Shown here: one piece after another, positions 25,530 through 38,800 of the stretch
How the letters are laid out: the number at the start of each line of letters is the position of its first letter
Position numbering within the stretch: the stretch's first letter is position 1
Source of the DNA: Mobula hypostoma
Lineage: Eukaryota
Assembly (NCBI RefSeq): GCF_963921235.1
Contig: NC_086097.1
Span: forward strand, 255,938,001 to 256,002,000
Direction: 5' to 3'
DNA: 64,000 bases
The notes under the pieces: model-generated
Databases searched by the model: none
Told to the model about the DNA's origin: nothing
The model's input: the letters and a program-made list of their open reading frames with translations, nothing else
Made by a program: the position numbers and the translations under genes

Positions 25530-26754
25530 GTAAGTATATTTCCTGACTCTTTCTCCTTGTTTGCAAGTTTTTTAAAGTGTGTTTAAAATGTTTCTACTGG
25601 GTTCAATTCAACTCTGTTTTCCCCAATAGAGTATAAAGTAACATACTGGACATTAAGTACATTGTATTTGAGAATAAAAGCTTGCTTCCCCCAAATTCGG
25701 CCCTTGCCACTCATGCCCCATGCATGGAAGGCAGAGAGGAATGCCCTTTTTAAACTTGTGGAAAGTATTTATTAGTATGTTAGGACCACCATATTTTTAA
25801 TGTTTTACTAACCCAGTCCACATTACCTGATCTCAAATTTACAGATATAGGCCACAATAGTAAAGTGGACAGGTATACGAAAGGTGTGAAATTTACACAG
25901 CATGAAGTGACTCATTTTCCTCTGAAGAATGTGAAGAGGTGATATAAAATGGTACAGTTTTAGAGCAGCACAGGGACGGGCCCTTAAGTCCATGTGCTAA
26001 TCATGGTGCCAATTTAAATTTCCCATGAGTGATATGGATCACATGCAGGCAGATGTTAATGTGGCTGTCCAAATGTCTCTGCTTCTTCCAACTCCCCCAC
26101 AGCACAGTCTAGTCATCTAGCACTCAAATTTCTTAAACCATTCCCCTTTTACTTCACAGCTATGCCATCTCATACTTGACTTTTTCCATCCAAGAGAAAA
26201 AGGCTGCCTCCCTGTCCATACTTCTCAAATTTATCTACTTTGATCGGATTGCCTCTTTGCCTCTGGCACACCACAGAAAACAGCCTCTCCTTATAGCTAA
26301 TCTAGTCAGCTAACTGGTAAACATCTTCAAAAACCTCCACACCCTTCATATAATGGAGTAGTTAGAAAGAAGGAGCCATGTAAAAGCTATGAAATGCAAA
26401 TTTCAGTGTTGGTAAAGGTGGAAAACACTGCAAATATTATAGACTGCTAACCCAGAGTAGATACGGCGATACAAAAAGTGAGTATCTGAAACAGCTGAAT
26501 GTGAAGTCTTGCAGTCTAGGACATGGTCACATGAGTAACTTAGGTGCTGTTCTCAAGTTTACAGTGGGCCTTAATGGAACATTGCAGGAGGCCACAGGTC
26601 AGACAGGGATTGGGATTAAAGTGACAGGCAGCTAGAAGTTGTGGGTAACTCCCATGGATTGTACCTGGGTGCACTGCAAAGTTGTTATCCAGTTTTCTGG
26701 CACATTTCCAATCCACACAAAAGCAAGATATTCAAAGTTGACTCAGGAAAGGAG

Positions 26755-28017
26755 ATAAGACCATATGCTTTGCCATTTCATCATGGCTGATCCATTTCCC
26801 CTCTCAGACCCAACTTCCTATCTTCTCCCTGTATCCCTTCATGATTAACCAATCAAGAATTTATCAACCTCTGCCTTAAATATACTCAGTGACTTGGCCT
26901 CCTCAGCCACCCGTGTCAACAAATTCCACAGATTCACCACAATCTGGCTAAAGAAATTCCTCCTCCTCTCCATTCTAAAAGGATGTCCCCTCTATTCTGA
27001 AGCTGTGAGCTCTGGTCCTAGACTCTCCCACCATAGGAAACATCTTTTCCATATCCACTCCATCAAGACCATACAAAATTTGATAGGTTTTGAATTCTTC
27101 TGAATTCCAGTGAATACAGGCCCAGAGCCATCAAATGCTGATCACATGACAAGCCGTTCAATTCTGGAATAATTTTCGTGAACCTCCTTTGAACCCTTTC
27201 CAATGCCAGCATATACTTTCAAATATAAGGGGCCCAAAACTGCTCGCAAGTGAGGCGTCACCAGTGCTTTATCAAGCCTCAACATTACATCCTTGCTTTT
27301 GTGTTCTAATCCTCTTGAAATGAATGCTAACATTGCATTTGCCTTCCTTTCCACAGACTCAACCTGCAAATTAACCTTTAGGAAAACCTGCAAAAGATCT
27401 CCCAAGTCCCTTTGCACCTCAGATTTTTGAATTTTCTCTACATTTAGAAAATAATCTACCTTTTTATTTCTTCCACCAAATTGCATGACTGTACACTTTT
27501 CAACACTGTATTCCATCTTCCTTCTTTGCCTATTTTCGTAATCTGTCTAAGTCCTTTTGTAGCCTCCCTACATCCTCAGAACTGCCTTCCCCTCCACCTT
27601 TCATTGCATTGTCCACAAACTTTGCAACAAAGCCATTAATTCTGTAATCCAAGTCTTTGACATATAACGTAAAAATAAGTGGGTCCATCACAGGCCCCTG
27701 TGGAATACCACTACTGGTCACCAGTAGCCAACCAAAAAATGGTCCTTTTATTCCCACTCTTTGCTTCTTGCCAATCAGCTACTGCTTTATCCATGCTAGT
27801 ATCTTTCCTGTAATACCATGGGCTCTTAAATGTTAAGCAGCTTCATGTGGCACCCCACACAACATCCACTGATTCTCTGTTGTCTATCCTGGTTGTTATT
27901 TCTTCAAAGAATTCCAGCATGTTTGTCAGACTAGATTTTCTTCTGAGCAATTCATGTTGACGGAGACCTATTTTATTATATGCCTCCAAGTACCCTGAGA
28001 CTTCATCCTTAATATCC
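26755..28017 (-). mobile_element. Old CR1 LINE 3' part
   Basis: ORFs 27142-27516, 27530-27757 and 27843-28070 are RT remnants. Confidence 0.85.
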
Positions 28018-28318
28018 TTAACAAGGGAAGTCAAAGCTATTGTAAAAGCAAAAGAAAGGGCAAACAACAAAGCAAAAATTAGTTTTTAAAAACCTACAGA
28101 GAGCAACTGAAAAATCATTAGAAGGGAAGAGATGAATTATGAAAGTAAACTAGCAAGTAATATCAAAGTGGATAGTAAAAGTTTTTTCAAATATGTTAAA
28201 AATAAAAGAGAAATGAGTGGATATAGGACCGCTAGAAAATGAGGCAGGAGAAATAATAATGGGGGACAAGGAGATGGCTGATGAACTAAATGAGTATTTT
28301 GCATCAATCTTCACTGTG

Positions 28319-31300
28319 GGGACCAATATCCTGGCAGGGAGATTAGCGGGGGCTACTGAGGTGACTTTAAACTAGAATGGTTGGGGGGTGGGAATCAAAT
28401 TAAAGAGGCTAGGCGTGAGGAGGTTAGTTCACAACAGAGGGATGGGAACCAGTGCAGAGAGACAGAGGGGTGTAAAGTGAGCGTAGAAGCAAAAAGTACA
28501 AAGGAGAAAAGTAAAAGTGGCAGGCCGACAAATCCAGGGCAAGCATTAAAAAGGGCTAAGAGAGTTGTAAAAGAGCGCCTGAAGGCTTTATGTGTCAATG
28601 CAAGGAGCATTCGTAATAAGGTGGATGAATTGAAAGTGCAGATTGTTATTAATGATTATGATATAGTTGGGATCACAGAGACATGGCTCCAGGGTGACCA
28701 GGGATGGGAGCACAAAGTTCAGGGATATTCAATATTCAGGAGGGATAGACATGAAGGAAGGGGAGGTGGGGTGGCGTTGCTGGTTAAAGATGAGATTAAC
28801 GCAATAGAAAGGAAAGACATAAGCCGGGAAGATGTGGAATCGATATGGGTAGAGCTGCGTAAAACTAAGGGGCAGAAGACACTGGTGGGAGTTGTGTACA
28901 GGCCACCGAACAGTAGTAGTGAGGTCGGAGATGGTATTAAACAGGAAATTAGAAATGTGTGCAATAAAGGAACAGCAGTTATAATGGGTGACTTCAATCT
29001 ACATGTAGATTGGGTGAACCAAATTGGTAAAGGTGCTGAGGAAGAGGATTTCTTGGAATGTATGCGGGATGGTTTTTTGAACCATCATGTCGAGGAACCA
29101 ACTAGAGAGCAGGCTATTCTGGACTGGGTTTTGAGCAATGAGGAAGGGTTAATTAGCGATCTTGTCGTGAGAGGCCCCTTGGGTAAGAGTGACCATAATA
29201 TGGTGGAATTCTTCATTAAGATGGAGAGTGACATAGTTAATTCAGAAACAAAGGTTCTGAACTTAAAGAGGGGTAACTTTGAAGGTATGAGACGTGAATT
29301 AGCTAAGATAGACTGGCAAATGACACTTAAAGGATTGACGGTGGATATGCAATGGCTAGCATTTAAAGGTTGCATGGATGAACTACAACAATTGTTCATC
29401 CCAGTTTGGCAAAAGAATAAATCAAGGAAGATAGTGCACCCGTGGCTGACAAGAGAAATTAGGGATAGTATCAATTCCAAAGAAGTAGCATAGAAATTAG
29501 CCAGAGAAAGTGGCTCACCTGAGGACTGGGAGAAATTCAGAGTTCAGCAGAGGAGGACAAAGGGCTTAATTAGGAAGGGGAAAAAAGATTATGAGAGAAA
29601 ACTGGCAGAGAACATAAAAACGGACTGTAAAAGCTTTTATAGATATGTAAAAAGGAAAAGACTGATAAAGACAAATGTAGGTCCCCTGCAGACAGAAACA
29701 GGTGAATTGATTATGGGGAGCAAGGACATGGCAGACCAATTGAATAATTACTTTGGTTCTGTCTTCACTAAGGAGGACATAAATAATCTTCCAGAAATAG
29801 TAAGGGACAGAGGGTCCAGTGAGATGGAGGAACTGAGTGAAATACATGTTAGTAGGGAAGTGGTGTTAGGTAAATTGAAGGGATTGAAGGCAGATAAATC
29901 CCCAGGGCCAGATGGTCTGCATCCCAGAGTGCTTAAGGAAGTAGCCCAAGAAATAGTGGATGCATTAGTGATAATTTTTCAAAACTCGTTAGATTCTGGA
30001 CTGGTTCCTGAGGATTGGAGGGTGGCTAATGTAACCCCACTTTTTAAAAAAGGAGGGAGAGAGAAACCGGGGAATTATAGGCTGGTTAGCCTAACGTCGG
30101 TGGTGGGGAAACTGCTGGAGTCAGTTATCAAGGATGTGATAACAGCACATTTGGAAAGCAGTGAAATGATCGGACAAAGTCAGCATGGATTTGTGAAAGG
30201 AAAATCATGTCTGACAAATCTCATAGAATTTTTTGAGGATGTAACTAGTAGAGTGGATAGGGGAGAACCAGTGGATGTGGTATATTTGGATTTTCAAAAG
30301 GCTTTTGACAAGGTCCCACACAGGAGATTAGTGTGCAAACTTAAAGCACACGGTATTGGGGGTAAGGTATTGGTGTGGGTGGAGAATTGGTTAGCAGACA
30401 GGAAGCAAAGAGTGGGAATAAACGGAACCTTTTCAGAATGGCAGGCGGTGACTAGTGGGGTACCGCAAGGCTCAGTGCTGGGACCCCAGTTGATTACAAT
30501 ATATATTAATGACTTGGATGAGGGAATTAAATGCAGCATCTCCAAGTTTGCGGATGACACGAAGTTGGGTGGCAGTGTTAGCAGTGAGGAGGATGCTAAG
30601 AGGATGCAGGGTGACTTGGATAGGTTGGGTGAGTGGGCAAACTCATGGCAGATGCAATTTAATGTGGATAAATGTGAAGTTATCCACTTTGGTGGCAAAA
30701 ATAGGAAAACAGATTATTATCTGAATGGTGGCCGATTAGGAAAAGGGGAGGTGCAACGAGACCTGGGTGTCATTATACACCAGTCATTGAAAGTGGGCAT
30801 GCAGGTACAGCAGGCGGTGAAAAAGGCGAACGGTATGCTGGCATTTATAGCGAGAGGATTTGAGTACAGGAGCAGGGAGGTACTACTGCAGTTGTACAAG
30901 GCCTTGGTGAGACCACACCTGGAGTATTGTGTGCAGTTTTGGTCCCCTAATCTGAGGAAAGACATCTTTGCCATAGAGGGAGTACAAAGAAGGTTCACCA
31001 GATTGATTCCTGGGATGGCAGGTCTTTCATATGAAGAAAGACTGGATGAACTGGGCTTGTACTCGTTGGAATTTAGAAGATTGAGGGGGGATCTGATTGA
31101 AACGTATAAGATCCTAAAGGGATTGGACAGGCTAGATGCGGGAAGATTGTTCCCGATGTTGGGGAGGTCCAGAACGAGGGGTCACAGTTTGAGGATAGAG
31201 GGGAAGCCTTTTAGGACCGAGATTAGGAAAAACTTCTTCACACAGAGGGTGGTGAATCTGTGGAATTCTCTGCCACAGCAAACTGTTGAGGCCAGTTCAT

Positions 31301-31463
31301 TGGCTATGTTTAAGAGGGAGTTAGATATGGCCCTTGTGGCTGCAGGGGTCAGGGGGTATGGAGGGAAGGCTGGGTTCTGAGTTGGATGATCAGCCATGAT
31401 CATAATAAATGGCGGTGCAGGTTCGAAGGGCCGAATGGCCTACTCCTGCACCTATTTTCTATG
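28319..31463 (+). mobile_element. Very young CR1 LINE (subfamily D): ORF1 3' end plus complete ORF2 with one internal TAG
   Basis: ORFs 28381-29493 (APE endonuclease) and 29707-31380 (RT) are in the same frame, separated only by TAG 29491-29493; 3' stem-loop and tttctatg tail. Confidence 0.97.
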
Positions 31464-31488
31464 TAAGACACTAGCAGTATGCTGATAT

Positions 31489-34435
31489 TGAATTCAATTA
31501 ACTTTATTTCTTACATCCTTCACATAAGGAGTGAAAATCTTTACGTTACGTCTCAGTCTACATGTGCAATGTGCAATCATGGTAATTTATAATAATTTAT
31601 AATAAATAGAACAGTCAATGTAATAAAAAGTGCACTCATATCAGCGTGAATTAATCAGTCTGATGACCTGGTGAAAGAAGCTGTCCTGGAGCCTGTTGGC
31701 TCTGGCTTTCATGGCTTCTATGCTGCGGTACCGTTTCCCGGACGGTAGTGACTGGAATAGATTGTGGTTGGGGTGATTCGAGTCCCCAAATGATCCTTCG
31801 GGCCCTTTTTACACACCTGTCCTTGTAAATGTCCTGAATCATGGGAAGTTCACAACTACAGATGTGCTGGGCTGTCTGCGCCACTCTCTGCAGGGTCCTA
31901 CAATTAAGGGAGGTACAGTTCCAATACCAGGCAGTGATGCAGCCAGTCAGGAGACTCTCAGTTGTGCCCCTGTAGAAAGTTCTGAGGATCTGGGGGCCCT
32001 AACTTCCTAAACAGTCTTAAGGTGAAAGAGGTGCTGTTGTGCCTTTTTCACCACACAACTGGTGTGTACAGACCATGTGAGGTCCTCGGTGATGTGGATG
32101 CCGAGGAACTTAAAGCTGTTTACTCTCTCAACCCCAGATCCATTGATGTCAATAGGGGTTAAACTGTCTCCATTTCTCCTGTAATCCACAACCAGCTCCT
32201 TTGTTTTTGTGACATAAGAAACATAGAAAACCTACAGCACAGTACAGGCCCTTCAGCCCACTGAGTTGTGCCGAACATGTCCCTACCTTAGAAATTACTA
32301 GGCTTACCTATAGCTTTGTATTTTACTAAGCTCCATGTACCTATCTAAAAGTCTCTTAAAAGATCCATTCATATCTGCCTCCACCACCGTTGCTGGCAGC
32401 CCATTCCAGGCACTCACCACTCTGAGTAAAAAAACGTACCCCTGACATCTCCTCTGTACCTATTCCCCAGCACCTTAAACCTGTGTCTTCTTGTGGCAAC
32501 CATTTCAGCCCTGGGAAAAAACCTCTGACTATCCACAAGATCAATGCCTCTCATCATCTTGTACACCTCTATCATTGAGGGAGAGGTTGTTTTCTTGACA
32601 CCACTGTGTCAGAGAGATGACTTCTTCTCTGTAGGCCACCTTGTTGGCAAATTTAATTAGCAGATTAGAGCTCTGGATGGCGATACAGTCATGAGTATAC
32701 AGGAAGTAAAGGAGGGGACTTAGTACACAGCCCTGAGGGGCTCCTGTATTGAGAGTCAGAGAGTTGGAAGTGAGGGAACCCACTCTTACAACCTGCTGGC
32801 GATCTGACAGGAAGTCCAGTATCCAGCTGCACAAGGCAGGGTCAAGGCCAAGGTCTCTGAGCTTCTTGTCGAGCCTGGATGGAATTATGGTGTTGAATGC
32901 TGAACTGTAGTCCAAGAACAGTATTCTCACATAAGCATCCTTCTTCTCCAGGTATGTAAGGACGGTATGCAGAGCAGTGGCTATTGCATCGCCTGTGATT
33001 GGTTGTGTTGTTAGGTGAATTGTAGGCTATCCAGTTTGGGTGGTAGCAAGCTGCAGATGTAGTCCTTGACCAGCCTCTCAAAAGTATTTGCTTATTATTG
33101 AGCTGAGTGCGACAGGATGCCAGTTGTTCAGGTATGTTACCTTGATCTTTTTTGGTATAGTGACAATGGTGGATAATTTGAAGCAGGAGGGCACTCTACA
33201 CTGAGAGAGGGAGAAATTAAAAATGTCAGTAAACACACCTGCCAGTTGTGCTGCGCACATCTTGAGTACTCGCCCTGGGATGCTGTCCAGTCCCGCAGCC
33301 TTGTGACTGTCCACTCGTTGGAAACATCTGCGTACCTCAGCCTCAGAGATGACCAGGTTGCAGGTTGTAGCGGTGGCTTTCCTCAGAGGCTCAGAGTTAG
33401 TGACATCGAACCGAGCATAAAAGCGATTGAGCTCATCTGGGAAAGAGGCTGCGATGTTGGCGGCACCACAATGTTCAGCTTTGAAGTCTGCAATGGTATG
33501 CAGCCCTCACCACAAGTCATGCGTGTTACTCGTTGTGAATCTTGACTCAATCTTGACCCTATATTATTTCACAGCCTTGATAGCTTTGTGCAGATTATAG
33601 GTGCTGTTCTTGAGCTCTAGTTGTTCGCCGGCGATGTAAGCTCGATGTTGCGCTGTAAGTTATAGTTCACACGGAACTATTGATCCAGGCTTTCTGACCA
33701 GCTTCTGGGGGACAACATTGTCGATGCACTTCCGGATGAAGCACGAGACTCTCATCAGTGAACTTGGAGACACCCTCATTAATAAAGACATTCCAGTCGA
33801 CGTCATCGAAGCAGTCCTGCAGCATGGAGGCCGGTTGGTCGGACCAACAGTGGACGGTTTTAACTATGGCCGCCTCTTGTTTCAGCTTCTACCTGTATGT
33901 CGGCAAAAGCAGGATCAAGGAGTGATCTGATTTTCCAAAAGCTGGGCGAAGGGGAGCTTTGTAAGCGTTGCAAGCGTTGTAGCAGTGGTCAAGTATTTTA
34001 TCTCCATGAGTGCTCACCTGGATGTGCTGACAGACTTCCGTCAGCAACGCTTGATTAAAGTCACCGGCGACAATGAAGGCAGCCTCTGGGTGTGCAGTCT
34101 CCGGCGTGTTGATGGTCTCATACAGTCCCTTGAGAACCAGAGCAGTATCAATCTGTGATGGAATGTACATCACTGTGATGATAACAGCCGTGAACTCCCT
34201 AGGCAACCAGTAGGGTCTGCACAGCAGCACCAGGTACTCCAGGTCTGGGGAAGAAAAGGTTTTGAGTGCATGCACATTCTGGGGGTTGCACCAAACATTG
34301 TTGACCATGAAGCATACTCCTCCTCCTTTACTCTTCCCAGTGAGGTTTCTCGACCTTTCTGCCCAGAATAGGGAGAACCCAGAAGGCTCGATGGCATGAT
34401 CCGGCATCTCCTCCATCAGGCAGGTCTCCACGAAG
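31489..34435 (-). mobile_element. Rex1/Babar LINE (EN and RT), degenerate
   Basis: [32 protein letters not shown] and [10 protein letters not shown]; antisense AATAAA near 31500. Confidence 0.9.
32216..32572 (-). mobile_element. CR1 3' fragment nested in Rex (same subfamily as 23938-25075)
   Basis: Antisense tail aagaaacatagaaaac; 'cat' duplicated at the junctions. Confidence 0.88.
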
Positions 34436-35800
34436 TGTGAGAGGGGTGCAGTTAGTATTACAAGAGAGAAGGTGCTCAAAATGCTGAAAGACCAAAAGTA
34501 CATTAAGTCACCCGGGCCAGAGGAACTGCAGCTCAGAGTTCTGAAACATACAGCGTTAGAGATTGTGGTGGCATTAGAAATGATCATTCAAAAATGATTG
34601 GCCTCTGGCACGGTCCCAGAGGACTGGAAAATTGCAAATGTTACTGCACTCTAAGGAAGGAGGAAGGCAGCAGAAAGGAAATTACAGACCTGACCTCAGT
34701 GGTTGGAAAGATGTTGGAGTCAATTGTTAAGGATGAGGCGATGGCGTACTTGGTGACACAGGACAAGGTAGAACAAAGTCAGCATGGTTTCCTTCAGGGA
34801 AGATCCTGCCTGATGAACCTGTTGGAATTCTTTGAGGAGATTACAAGTAGGATCGATAAAGGATGCAGTGGATGTTGTATATTTGGACTTTCAGAAGGCC
34901 TTTGACAAGGTGCCACACATGATATTGCTTACCAAGTTAAGAGCCCATGGTATCACTGGAAAATTATTAACATGGTTAGAGCATTGGCTGATTGGTAGCA
35001 CACAGTGAGTGGGAATAAAAGGATCCTTTTCTGGTTGGCTACAGTGACTAGTGGTGTTCCGCAGGGGTCGGTGTTGGGACCACTACTTTTTATGCTATAT
35101 ATCAATGATTTAGATGATGGAATAGACGGCTTTGTTGCCAAGTTTGCAGATGATACCAAGATTGGAGGGCAGGTGGTGTTGAGGAAATAGGTAGGATGCA
35201 GAATGACTTAAGGCAGATTAGGAGAGTGGGCAAGAAAATGGCAAATAAAATACAATGTTGGAAAATACATAGTCATGCACTTTGGTAATAGAAATAAATG
35301 TGTAGATGACTTTCTAAACGGGGAGAAAATCCAGGAATCTGAGATACGGAGGGACTTCGGAATCCTTGTGCATAACACCCTGAAGGTCAACTTGCAGGTT
35401 GATTTGGTGGTGAGGAAGGCAAATGCCATGTTAGCATTCTTTTCAAGAGGTCTAGAATACAGGAGCAAGGATCTGATTCTGAGGTTTTATAAAGCACTGG
35501 TGAGGCCTCACCTGGAGTATTGTTAACAGTTTTGGGCTCCTCAACTTAGAAAAAATGCGCTGGTATTGGAGAGGGTCCAGAGGAAGTTCACGTATGATTC
35601 CAGGAATGAAAGGGTTATCATACGAGGAACATTTGATGGCGCTGGGTCTGTACTTGCTGGAATTCAGAAGGATGAGGGGGAATTTCATTGAACCTTTCGA
35701 ATGTTGAAAGGCTTAGACAGTGTAGATGTGGAAAGGATGTTTCCCGTGGTGGGAGAGTCTAGGACAAGAGGGCACAGCCTAAGGACAGGGGAGCCCTTTC

Positions 35801-38800
35801 ATAGAACACAGAGAACATAGAAAATAGGGGCAGGAGTAGGCCATTCAGCCCTTTGAGCCTGCACCACCATTCAGTATGATCATGGCTGATCATCCAACTC
35901 AGAACCCTGTACCAGCCTTCCCTCCATACCCCCTGATCCCTTTAGCCACAAGGGCCACATCTAACTCCCTCTTAAATATAGCCAATGAACTGGCCTCAAC
36001 TGTTTCCTGTGGCAGAGAATTCCACAGATTCACCACTCTCTGTGTGAAGAAGTTTTTCCTCATCTCGGTCCTAAAAGGCTTCCCCTTTATCCTCAAACTG
36101 TGACCCCTCGTTCTGGGCTTCCCCAACATCCGGAACAATCTTCCTGCATCTAGCCTGTCCAATCCTTTTAGGATTTTATACGTTTCAATCAGATCCCCCC
36201 TCAATCTTCTAAATTCCATCGAGTATAAGCCTAGTTGATCCAGTCTTTCATCATATGAAAGTCCTGCCATCCCAGGAATTAATCTGGTGAACCTTCTTTG
36301 TACTCCCTCTATGGCAAAGATGTCTTTCCTCAGATTAGGGGACCAAAACTGCACACAATAGTCTAGGTGTGGTCTCACCAAGGCCTTGTACAACTGCAGC
36401 AGTACCTCCCTGCTCCTGTACTCGAATCCTCTTGCTATGAATGCCAGCATACCATTCGCCTTTTTCACCGCCTGCTGTACCTGCATGCCTACTTTCAATG
36501 ACTGGTGTATAATGTCACCCAGGTCTTGTTGCACCTCCCCTTTTCCTAATCGGCCACCATTCAGATAATCTGTTTTCCTGTTTTTGCCACCAAAGTGGAT
36601 AACCTCACATTTATCCACATTAAATTGCATCTGCCATGAACTTGCTCACTCACCTAACATATCCAAGTAACCATGCATCCTCTTAGCATCCTCCTCACAG
36701 CTAACACTGCCACCTAGCTTCATGTCATCCGCAAACTTGGAGATGCTGCATTTAATTCCCTCATCTAAGTCATTAATATATATTGTAAATAACTGGAGTC
36801 CCAGCACTGAGCCTTGCGGTACCCCTCTAGTCACTGCCTGCCATTCTGAGAAGGTCCCGTTTATTCCCACTCTTTGCTTCCTGTCTGCCAACCAATTCTC
36901 TATCCACATCAATACCTTACCCCCAATACAGTGTGCTTTAAGTTTGCACACTAATCTCCTGTGTGGGACCTTCTGAACTTAAAGAGGGGTAACTTTGAAG
37001 GTGTGAGACGTGAATTAGCTAAGATAGACTGGCAAATGACACTTAAAGGATTGACGGTGGATATGCAATGGCAAGCATTTAAAGGTTGCATGGATGAATT
37101 ACAACAATTGTTCATCCCAGTTTGGCAAAAGAATAAATCAAGGAAGGTAGTGCACCCGTGGCTGACAAGAGAAATTAGGGATAGTATCAATTCCAAAGAA
37201 GTAGCATAGAAATTAGCCAGAGAAAGTGGCTCACCTGAGGACTGGGAGAAATTCAGAGTTCAGCAGAGGAGGACAAAGGGCTTAATTAGGAAGGGGAAAA
37301 AAGATTATGAGAGAAAACTGGCAGAGAACATAAAAACGGACTGTAAAAGCTTTTATAGATATGTAAAAAGGAAAAGACTGATAAAGACAAATGTAGGTCC
37401 CCTGCAGACAGAAACAGGTGAATTGATTATGGGGAGCAAGGACATGGCAGACCAATTGAATAATTACTTTGGTTCTGTCTTCACTAAGGAGGACATAAAT
37501 AATCTTCCAGAAATAGTAAGGGACAGAGGGTCCAGTGAGATGGAGGAACTGAGTGAAATACATGTTAGTAGGGAAGTGGTGTTAGGTAAATTGAAGGGAT
37601 TGAAGGCAGATAAATCCCCAGGGCCAGATGGTCTGCATCCTAGAGTGCTTAAGGAAGTAGCCCAAGAAATAGTGGATGCATTAGTGATAATTTTTCAAAA
37701 CTCGTTAGATTCTGGACTAGTTCCTGAGGATTGGAGGGTGGCTAATGTAACCCCACTTTTTAAAAAAGGAGGGAGAGAGAAACCGGGGAATTATAGGCTG
37801 GTTAGCCTAACGTCGGTGGTGGGGAAACTGCTGGAGTCAGTTATCAAGGATGTGATAACAGCACATTTGGAAAGCGGTGAAATGATCGGACAAAGTCAGC
37901 ATGGATTTGTGAAAGGAAAATCATGTCTGACGAATCTCATAGAATTTTTTGAGGATGTAACTAGTAGAGTGGATAGGGGAGAACCAGTGGATGTGGTATA
38001 TTTGGATTTTCAAAAGGCTTTTGACAAGGTCCCACACAGGAGATTAGTGTGCAAACTTAAAGCACACGGTATTGGGGGTAAGGTATTGGTGTGGGTGGAG
38101 AATTGGTTAGCAGACAGGAAGCAAAGAGTGGGAATAAACGGGACCTTTTCAGAATGGCAGGCGGTGACTAGTGGGGTACCGCAAGGCTCAGTGCTGGGAC
38201 CCCAGTTGTTTACAATATATATTAATGACTTGGATGAGGGAATTAAATGCAGCATCTCCAAGTTTGTGGATGACACGAAGTTGGGTGGCAGTGTTAGCAG
38301 TGAGGAGGATGCTAAGAGGATGCAGGGTGACTTGGATAGGTTGGGTGAGTGGGCAAACTCATGGCAGATGCAATTTAATGTGGATAAATGTGAAGTTATC
38401 CACTTTGGTGGCAAAAATAGGAAAACAGATTATTATCTGAATGGTGGCCGATTAGGAAAAGGGGAGGTGCAACGAGACCTGGGTGTCATTATACACCAGT
38501 CATTGAAAGTGGGCATGCAGGTACAGCAGGCGGTGAAAAAGGCGAACGGTATGCTGGCATTTATAGCGAGAGGATTCGAGTACAGGAGCAGGGAGGTACT
38601 ACTGCAGTTGTACAAGGCCTTGGTGAGACCACACCTGGAGTATTGTGTGCAGTTTTGGTCTCCTAATCTGAGGAAAGACATCTTTGCCATAAAGGGAGTA
38701 CAAAGAAGGTTCACCAGATTGATTCCTGGGATGGCAGGTCTTTCATATGAAGAAAGACTGGATGAACTGGGCTTGTACTCGTTGGAATTTAGAAGATTGA

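Larger units (their letters stand above)
28018..35800 (+). mobile_element. Old CR1 LINE host (pieces about 28018-28318, 31464-31488, 34436-35800) carrying nested CR1-D and Rex elements
   Basis: FASIFTV|EDTSSM continuity across the insertions; RT remnants at 34594-35526. Confidence 0.8.

Noticed and set aside
28373..28403. TAG-A-ATG as a termination-reinitiation signal for ORF2
   Set aside because: That ATG is not in the ORF2 frame, stops after 8 codons and is absent from subfamily B.
30294..30998. Recurrent antisense ORFs (MPPKWITSH..., MNLLCTPS...) in CR1 copies
   Set aside because: They recur only because the copies are nearly identical; there is no independent coding evidence.
33889..34587. 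232-aa ORF as a novel gene
   Set aside because: Antisense CR1 sequence fused by chance to the Rex endonuclease remnant.
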